Of a stretch of 63,385 nt of DNA, positions 55,901 through 63,385 are shown one piece after another (the first letter of the stretch is position 1; every line of letters starts with the position of its first letter). The notes under the pieces are model-generated. The model worked only from the letters and a program-made list of their open reading frames with translations. It did not search any database and had not been told where the DNA came from. The DNA is from Octopus bimaculoides (taxonomy: Eukaryota), in assembly GCF_001194135.2 (NCBI RefSeq), contig NC_068999.1:48200445-48263829 (forward strand). Reading direction: 5' to 3'. A program made the translations under genes and the position numbers.

Positions 55901-58900
55901 AGCTTTGTGTGCAAGTAGCACAGGGCTTGGAATTTTCCAACGTTAAGCTGCATGGTATTGTCCTCAGCCCACCTGTATATTGCACCCAACTCCTGTTGCA
56001 GGTGCACAATATCTCCAGGATTCTGTATCCTCTAAGAGACTTTTGTATCATCTGCATAGCTAGCAAGGGAGGCTATCTGAGCAGCTGAGAGGATGTCTGA
56101 AAGGGCCACTATGAATAACATTGGCCCAAGACAGTGCCCTGTAGAACACTACTCACGATTTGTGTTTCCTTAGAGGTAGCTGCATTGGCCACCACTGCCT
56201 GACTTCTATCTTTTAGAAAGTCATGTTGCCATTCTCTAAGTTTTCTGACAATGCAGAGATCGTGCAGCTTGTGACATATCATACCATGGTTGACTTTATC
56301 AAAGATATATCACATCCACATTTGAGTTGTTAAACAGCTGCTTTAACACCCAAACTTTCTGGGTGTTCTATTTCAAATTTGATGTGGCTGTCAGTATTGC
56401 TGAAACTTTAATGTATGGCAATCACCTCCTCCCAGAACCCTCTCTCTACTGGATTTCCAAATCAAGATCACAGAGGAGGGTTCCATCTATACTAATTTTT
56501 ACAAAAAGAAAAAGCAGCCAGTAGGAACCTGTTTGTACACTACAAATCAGCTCTGCTGGCCAGAGCTAAAGCTGCATATGTGCAAAATGAAATCACGTGC
56601 ATAAGAGACAAATGCAACAAAACAACTGACAGAGGTATCAACAGCAAGTGATTCCTCAAGAACTTAGCACACAATAGCTATCAAACGACTGTAACTACAA
56701 AACATGAAAGTAGGCAAACCACACAAGAAGGCCCATAATCCCAAGTCTGAAAAGTGTTTCCTTAAACTGCCCTACTTTGACGGCAGAACATCTGCAGCTA
56801 TACAACATGTGACCCGCATAGAGAGACTCAACATACAGATGGTGCACACTGGTCCACCGTGAAGAAATTTCTCTCAAGGAATAATACTACAGATAGCATT
56901 GTTGGGTGCACACTAACCAATTGCCCCATCAATAATGTCAAAATATACTTGAGGGCCTAAGTGGTATATGAAGTAGTCTGCAGTAAATGTGGAGCATCCT
57001 ACATAGAGAGCACCACCAGGAAATTTCACATCTGTATAAAGGAGCATATGCACAGGGACACTTCAATATAGAAACACCTTAGGAAGTGCCAAACCCAAGA
57101 TTTTCAAGTAGCCATCGAGGCCATCCAACACAACAGGATCAATCTCAGAATCATGGAGGCCCTCCTTATAAACTTAATAAATACAGTTGATCCTATTGCA
57201 AACATCATTGTAATGTTAGAGATAGTAAGAAAGTTTTAACATATTTTTCTGACAAAACTTGCTACATTAGTCTGTTTAGAAGAGTATAACAGATTATAAA
57301 ATTGGGATAATTACATTTTCTAGGCATGAATATACATTCTGCTTTTGTTAAAGAACTTCTCCCTTCTTCTGTGCTGACATGAGCAGCAAAAACAGGCAGT
57401 TGTTCAAAACTGTAATTTACCAAAACATAACCTTCATTTGCAACTGTAATCCATTCACCTTCATCCTAAAAGCACAATAAAATTTTAGGTAATTAAATTA
57501 AATAATAATTCTTTCTACTATAGGCACAGGGCCTGAAATTTAGGGAGAGGGAGCTAGTCATTATATTGCCCCAGTTCTAGACAGGGGTAATGTAATGACT
57601 AGCTGAAGGGATAAAAAGCAAAGTTGACCTCAGTGGCATTTGAACACAGAGCATAAGGAGCCAGAAGAAATGCTGCATTTAGCATCTCTGATTATCACTC
57701 ACTCCCATTCCATTTGTTATCTTAGTCTGGCTCCATCAGCGTGACTGCAATGTCAAAATGCAGACACAAACACACACACACACACACACATATGATGAGT
57801 TACTCTCAATTTCTGCCAACCAAATCCACTCACAAGGTTTTGGTCAGCCTGGGCCTATAGTAGAAGACAATGGTGCCACAGAATGGGACAGAACCTAGAA
57901 GCATGTAGCAAGAGCTACATGCAGAAACAATTAGACCAGCTCGCTGTCTTTAATGATTTTAAATATTGACACAAAGCTAAAAATTTTAAGGGAGGGGTTA
58001 ATCAATTACAGCGACCCCAGTATTCAACTGCTACTTATTTCATTAAGCCAGAAAGGATGAAAGGCAACCTCAACAGAAATTGAACCCAGAACTTAAATTG
58101 CTATTACTGTCATTTTAACCCTTTAGCATTCACATTATTCTGTCAAAAGTAATGCTTATTTATTCACATTGTTTTGACTGAATCATGCATTATTTTGTAG
58201 CTTTCAAATTCTGATGAAGTAACTCTTAATTTTTAGAATGATATTGTAGGGTTGGTCTAAGAGGCCAGATCTGACCAGTTTGAATATCAAAGAGGTAGAA
58301 TATTTTGGCCAGATATGGCCGGTTTAAATGCTAAAGGGTTAAAATGTAATTTGCAATCTGCTAAATTGGTAGCCAGGTCCATCCATCTCAGTTCTGAATC
58401 CATACATCAGAGATGCCCACAGTTTAAAGCTTCACCTATCTATTCTCAAATATTCTTTAGACTGTTTCTACTTTGAATACACTATACTACCAACTGATGG
58501 TTGATGGTAACCAAGGATGGTCACTGATTTAGGCACAAGGCCAGTAACTGTAGATGGGGTGGGTGAGTTGATACTGGTGTACCCCACCACCACCACAACC
58601 ATCACCAGGACTTGAGGTGTTGTCATCTTCATCACAAAACTACATAAATTGAATATGTTGTAAACATTTATTAATGATAAATTTACATTCATGTTTATAT
58701 GACATCATAGGAAGATGGATTTACTTACTCTGCATTCAATTTTAGAAGAGGTAATCTGATTCAGGCACCAAAACACAGTTACATTAACAGATTCCTGAGG
58801 CTGTTCAATTAACCAAGACACATTATACATTTTGTCACTTATTTTTGACACATAAACTGCTGTAGGCTTCCTTGGGGCTGAATAAAAGAAAAGGAATCAT

Positions 58901-60647
58901 TAATAGCTGTTTTATATTATCTTCCTTCTGCATACATGAGTATGAAAGTTATGAATTAGCTTATGATTTAATATATGATTGTTAAGAATTAATTAAAAGG
59001 AGTACTTTAACTGTTTGATGACTTTCAGAATACTACTCGCAGTCATAGGATCGCGGTTTCGATTCCCAGACGTTGTGAGTGTTTATTGAGCGAAAACACC
59101 TAAAGCTCCACGAGGCTCCGGCAGGGGATAGTGGCGAACCCTGCTGTGCTCTTTCACCACAACTTTCTCTCACTCTTACTTCCTGTTTCTGTTGTGCCTG
59201 TAATTCAAAGGGCCAGCCTTGTCACACTGTGTCACGCTGAATATCCCCGAGAACTACGTTAAGGGTACACGTGTCTGTGGAGTGCTCAGCCACTTGCACG
59301 TTAATTTCACAAGCAGGCTGTTCCGTTGATTGGATCAACTGGAACCCTCGATGGACAATGGACATTATATGATGATGATGATGATGATNNNNNNNNNNNN
59401 NNNNNNNNNNNNNNNNNNNNNNNNNNNNNNNNNNNNNNNNNNNNNNNNNNNNNNNNNNNNNNNNNNNNNNNNNNNNNNNNNNNNNNNNNNNNNNNNNNNN
59501 NNNNNNNNNNNNNNNNNNNNNNNNNNNNNNNNNNNNNNNNNNNNNNNNNNNNNNNNNNNNNNNNNNNNNNNNNNNNNNNNNNNNNNNNNNNNNNNNNNNN
59601 NNNNNNNNNNNNNNNNNNNNNNNNNNNNNNNNNNNNNNNNNNNNNNNNNNNNNNNNNNNNNNNNNNNNTGAAACTCTTTATATAAAGAGTCAACTATTAA
59701 ATTGTTTGAATCCAGGCATTGTTCAGTGTTATTAGTTGATGAACTTCCATCAATGTATTGGACACAGTATCCTGTTAGAATATCATTCCTGAATTCCACA
59801 GGTAAACTCTGTGAAAAAGACAAACATTAACAATAATGTTACAATATCCTTTGATTCATTCAATACTTTCACCTCCAACCCCATCTCTAACCATTTCACA
59901 TTCTCATCAACTTATCTCCCCATCCACCTTTCCCAATTTTTTGTCTGTATTCCCTTTTAATACTCGCCATTTTGATTCTTTTAAAAAAACTGGCACTCCA
60001 TCAGTCATGACCAACAATTGTTCCAGCTGATTTAATCAATGAAACAACCTGCTTGTGAAATCAACATGCAAGTGGTTGAGCACTCCACTGATATGTATAC
60101 CCTTAGTGTAGTTCTCAAGGAGTTTAAGTGTGACACATAATGTGACAAGGCTGGCCCCTTGAAATACATGGGCAACTCATTTTTTACCAACTGAGCGAAC
60201 CAGAGCAACATGAGACAAAATATCTTGCTCAAGGACACAATTCATCACCAGGAGTCAAATTCATGACCTAATGACCATGAGCTCAATACCTTGACCACTA
60301 AACCAGGCACCTTCATTTCTTTCCTTTTTTTTTTTTGTATCTTGAGAGTATTACAACACACCATTATTTACAGTAGCGATACTTTCAGACTATCAAGTAC
60401 TGCATTAGTTTGCAATGCAACATTCAATGCTTACTATGATCAGATAATTTGAATAGGGATAAATGGTACAGTCTTTGGTACTCTTGTGCTGTTTCTACAA
60501 CTCAATAGGATTTAACATTCAGTATATACTTTGAAAAAATAGTTCAATTTACCTGCCAGTATACTGTGATACATCTTTGGTTTGTTGGGTGGGGACAACT
60601 CCATTCATAATATCGAAAATAAGATGTTTTGACTGGATAAGGAATGG
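48656..60647 (-). CDS. Gene B (visible spliced span): paralogous gp130/Domeless-like receptor; N-terminal exons lie beyond the window end or in gaps
   Basis: 9 exons with GT-AG sites and the same phases as gene A exons 7-14 and 16; 19/48 identities in the 141-nt exon pair. Confidence 0.85.
49190..49640 (-). repeat. Coding tandem repeat of about 102 nt (34 aa) with a DYVDEP core, 4 good units plus 1 diverged (GYIDAS)
   Basis: Tyr-core anchors at + positions 49201, 49291, 49393, 49495 and 49600 (spacings 90, 102, 102, 105 nt, all frame-preserving). Confidence 0.92.
50250..50580 (-). mobile_element. LINE (CR1/L2-group) ORF2 linker relic
   Basis: SLDLSCATKCSWSFW..KRNS.KFSES.F.LL.KPEDSIKSTPMEKASDF; motif recall only. 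Confidence 0.4.
51403..51448 (-). CDS. Gene B juxtamembrane exon (HCKYVTAIEVTTIDR)
   Basis: tttatttcag| acceptor, |gtaaat donor, 46 nt phase 2-0 as in gene A exon 14. Confidence 0.8.
53112..53196 (-). CDS. Gene B transmembrane exon (DLSEIYLYSFMLLATVLLITSGLFIYIR)
   Basis: tttacttttacag| acceptor, |gtaagt donor, hydrophobic helix, phase 1-2. Confidence 0.88.
53896..54190. mobile_element. hAT (Charlie-like) MITE, 295 bp, 31 bp from a gene B donor site
   Basis: TIR caagggttctcaacc / ggatgaaaacccttg; TSD ttctaaat / ttctagat (nTCTAGAn-like). Confidence 0.8.
54222..54386 (-). CDS. Gene B FN3-5 second half (GKRKEFPVNETKAVENVVIINGLSPDTEYSVCIQVKTKHGLSLMSDTITGVTKDT)
   Basis: FN3 LxPDTEYxV signature; YxVCIxVxT..SLMSD shared with gene A exon 12. 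Confidence 0.9.
55379..55519 (-). CDS. Gene B FN3-5 first half (SIKPQKPYVYWSETKFSLTWPTLQCSDWNGIPIAYVLHYAEGKNCEN)
   Basis: ctctttcag| acceptor, |gtgagt donor, 141 nt, aligns without gaps to gene A exon 11. Confidence 0.9.
55930..56850 (-). mobile_element. CR1/Jockey-group LINE reverse transcriptase relic
   Basis: DVIYL..FDKVNHG, S.V.QGTVLG, ASYADDTKV (YADD at 56047-56058). Confidence 0.85.
56940..57190 (+). mobile_element. Penelope-like GIY-YIG endonuclease C-terminal relic
   Basis: YIESTTRKFHICIKEHMHRDTSI*KHLRKC...NRINLRIMEALLI. Confidence 0.75.
57315..57465 (-). CDS. Gene B FN3-4 second half (DEGEWITVANEGYVLVNYSFEQLPVFAAHVSTEEGRSSLTKAECIFMPRK)
   Basis: cttttag| acceptor, |gtaatt donor; LTKAECIF shared with gene A exon 10. 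Confidence 0.9.
58119..58338. mobile_element. Intact piggyBac-like MITE, 220 bp
   Basis: TTAA-CCCTTTAGCATT ... AATGCTAAAGGG-TTAA. Confidence 0.88.
58729..58877 (-). CDS. Gene B FN3-4 first half (PRKPTAVYVSKISDKMYNVSWLIEQPQESVNVTVFWCLNQITSSKIECR)
   Basis: ttttattcag| acceptor, |gtaagt donor; VYV..YNVSWL..NVT shared with gene A exon 9. Confidence 0.9.
59035..59350 (+). mobile_element. SINE S2, 5'-truncated
   Basis: Reverse complement of 51547-51904 and 12284-12675. Confidence 0.85.
59669..59808 (-). CDS. Gene B FN3-3 second half, partial (SLPVEFRNDILTGYCVQYIDG...SLYKEF, runs into the N gap)
   Basis: tttttcacag| acceptor; GYCVQ and SLYKEF shared with gene A exon 8; 3' part hidden in gap 59389-59668. 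Confidence 0.88.
60553..60647 (-). CDS. Gene B FN3-3 first half (IPYPVKTSYFRYYEWSCPHPTNQRCITVYWQ)
   Basis: tttctcacccag| acceptor, |gtaaat donor, 95 nt; YYxWxC...CITVYW shared with gene A exon 7. Confidence 0.9.
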
Positions 60648-62512
60648 CTGGGTGAGAAAAAAAGATGAAATACATTGATTGGTTATAGAAGAGATAATAT
60701 GGGATAAAGACATAGGGAATTTTTATGGGGATATATCATGTAACAAGACTTGCCAACTTAATATACTAGAATAGGAAAATGTGCACAGAAAAGATAATGA
60801 TGCTGATGATGATGATGTATTGTATTGGAAACTCATCATATTTCTTTCTTTCAATCAATCAATCAATCATAAAATTCTTAGGATCCAATGGAATCAAGGT
60901 ATTTAAATAACAAAGGCACCAAAATAGAGTTGGGAATAGCATACCTGTGTACTAACAGTGTGTATGGATACTTATAGACTTACTCAGCCCACCTGTATTA
61001 TCATTTACATCTATTTATCTATCTCATAATCATTTAACATCCCTTGTCCATGCTGGTATGGGTTGCACTGCTGGCATTATATACATATATACATATATAT
61101 ATATATAATTTAGAGAAAAACCACTATCAAATAATTCAGTAATGAAGAATATAATTCATACCCTCCAGAAAATAAATATATCATAAACACCTTATTCTAA
61201 AATACAATAAAATGCATAAAAAATAACTAGTAAATGGTATAAGAATGACTATGCATGTTTCGTAGCTATATTTTCAAATAGATAACTAATAAAACTAATT
61301 CGATTATTAATTCTATTAATAATCAATGTTAATATTAAATGTTATTCGATCATTTGTTTATTTATTGTTAAAATAAGTATTTTTTATATATTCATTTGAT
61401 ATTTATTGTAAGTTACAATATGTAAATTGGTTTATTTTTATTATTTTTATTTCATTTTAGACCTAACAAGTGACTATTTTTGAATAGATTTAATTATAGA
61501 TCGATTTGATTATATTGTATTGTATACATATATATAATACACATATGTGTGTCATTTTAACGATGCGTATTGTTGCACCTTGTTTACCATTTTTGTCCTT
61601 GTTCTTTTGCCACGTCATGTACCCAGTTATGTATCTATATGTACATGTGGATGAACGTATATACATACATGTACATATATATGCATATACTCATATATTG
61701 TTTGTATCACGACAGAACACACGCGTTACCTTTATACAGTAAGTTTTAACTATTTTTCTAACGCGACTCTCTCTATTTCTATCTCCCCCTCTCATTCTTC
61801 CCTCTACTGTTCTTCGNNNNNNNNNNNNNNNNNNNNNNNNNNNNNNNNNNNNNNNNNNNNNNNNNNNNNNNNNNNNNNNNNNNNNNNNNNNNNNNNNNNN
61901 NNNNNNNNNNNNNNNNNNNNNNNNNNNNNNNNNNNNNNNNNNNNNNNNNNNNNNNNNNNNNNNNNNNNNNNNNNNNNNNNNNNNNNNNNNNNNNNNNNNN
62001 NNNNNNNNNNNNNNNNNNNNNNNNNNNNNNNNNNNNNNNNNNNNNNNNNNNNNNNNNNNNNNNNNNNNNNNNNNNNNNNNNNNNNNNNNNNNNNNNNNNN
62101 NNNNNNNNNNNNNNNNNNNNNNNNNNNNNNNNNNNNNNNNNNNNNNNNNNNNNNNNNNNNNNNNNNNNNNNNNNNNNNNNNNNNNNNNNNNNNNNNNNNN
62201 NNNNNNNNNNNNNNNNNNNNNNNNNNNNNNNNNNNNNNNNNNNNNNNNNNNNNNNNNNNNNNNTCATTTTAACGATGCGTATTGTTGCACCTTGTTTACC
62301 ATTTTTGTCCTTGTTCTTTTGCCACGTCATGTACCCAGTTATGTATCTATATGTACATGTGGATGAACATATATACATACATATACATATATATGCATAT
62401 ACTCATATATTGTTTATATATATATATATATATATATACATATATTTTTTTTATGTTTCAGTTGCAAAGCTGCGGTCATGCTGGAGCACCACTGTATATA
62501 CACATATGTGTA

Positions 62513-62545
<33 letters not shown>

Positions 62546-62645
62546 ACATATATATAATACACATATGTATACATATATCATCATATATGTATCCAAACAT
62601 ATATTATATATATGTATGCATATACATACATATGTAAACATATAC

Positions 62646-62702
<57 letters not shown>

Positions 62703-63385
62703 TATAGATATATATACATATATACATATAACATGCTCTAGCATGGCCATAGCCTTTGGGCTGAAACATAGAAACACACACACACACACATCTTGGTTTC
62801 AAATTTTGGTACAAGGCCAGCAACTTTAGGAAGGAGTCATGTGACTCAATTCAGTCATGTGACTCTCTTATATAGAGAATTTGTGGAGTATAAAATACTG
62901 GATCCTAATATTGGCAATCACAAAGGCGGTGGGTTGGTAGAATCATTACCATGATGAAAAAATGCTTAGCAGCATTCTTCCGACTTAATGCTCTGAGTTC
63001 AAATTGTGCAAATGCTGACTTTGCCTTTCAATCTTTGGGGGGGGTCGATAAAATAAGTACCAGTTGAACATAGGGGTCAATGTAACCAACTTAAAACCTC
63101 CTGTGAAATTGCTGGCCTAGCACTGAAATTTGATTCCAATATCAACAGTCACATATATTAGGTAATATAGTGAATTAGCTCAATCCCCAGTATTTGACTG
63201 CTTCTGTCTTTTATTAACCCTGAAAGGGTGAAAGAAAACATCAACTCCCACAGGATTTGGAAGTAATGTGCACAAAGCATTCTACTATTTTACCATGAAA
63301 TACTGCTTACAGTGGAGGCGCAATGGCCCAGTGGTTAGGACAGCAGACTCACAGTAATAGGATCACGGTTTCGATTCCCACACCG

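Noticed and set aside
59100-59150. HDV-ribozyme-like P3/L3 (AGC-TCCACGAG-GCT) plus GGCGAA in SINE S2
   Set aside because: No complementary P1 or P2 strands found; the downstream CAGGG/CCCTG forms a simple hairpin instead
60940-61000. Candidate donor (acacag|gtatgc, minus strand) for gene B's WSxWS exon
   Set aside because: In-frame stop just upstream and no FN3 motif; the exon probably lies outside the window or in a gap
61230-61290. Possible hammerhead remnant on the minus strand (GAAAC-ATGCATA-GTC)
   Set aside because: CUGANGA is degraded to TTGAAAA; too decayed to call
61550-62420. ~160-bp near-identical direct repeat either side of the 61817-62263 gap
   Set aside because: Most likely an assembly overlap or unresolved tandem; cannot be evaluated across Ns
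63312-63385. tRNA-like sequences (also ~12600-12670, 38455-38520)
   Set aside because: SINE heads continuing into SINE bodies; not tRNA genes

Overview
Eukaryotic, AT-rich, microsatellite- and SINE-saturated DNA. The repeat families look like those of Octopus (inference from repeat recall, not a database search). Most listed ORFs are repeat or microsatellite noise. The real content is two intron-rich paralogous genes in convergent (tail-to-tail) orientation, both encoding gp130/Domeless-type class I cytokine-receptor-like proteins. Gene A (+, 5377-35665) can be rebuilt completely by hand: 16 coding exons with GT-AG sites and consistent phases, 2904 nt, 967 aa. Its architecture is signal peptide, Ig-like domain, 5 FN3 domains, TM and a ~330-aa Tyr-rich tail. 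Gene B (-, 48656 to beyond 60647) is visible from its third FN3 domain to the stop: 9 exons, one cut by an N gap, with the same intron phases and near-identical exon sizes as gene A. Notable features: a degenerate WSxWS/CBM in A; a Box1-like proline in A but not B; no YxxQ motif in either tail; and a 102-nt tandem repeat in B that multiplies a DYVDEP tyrosine motif. Introns and the intergenic region hold tRNA-derived SINEs, RTE/CR1 LINE fragments, Penelope-like fragments with hammerhead-ribozyme-like cores, Ty3/Gypsy relics, Tc1/mariner relics, hAT/piggyBac/pogo-type MITEs, a ~600-bp foldback and an interstitial (TTAGGG)8.
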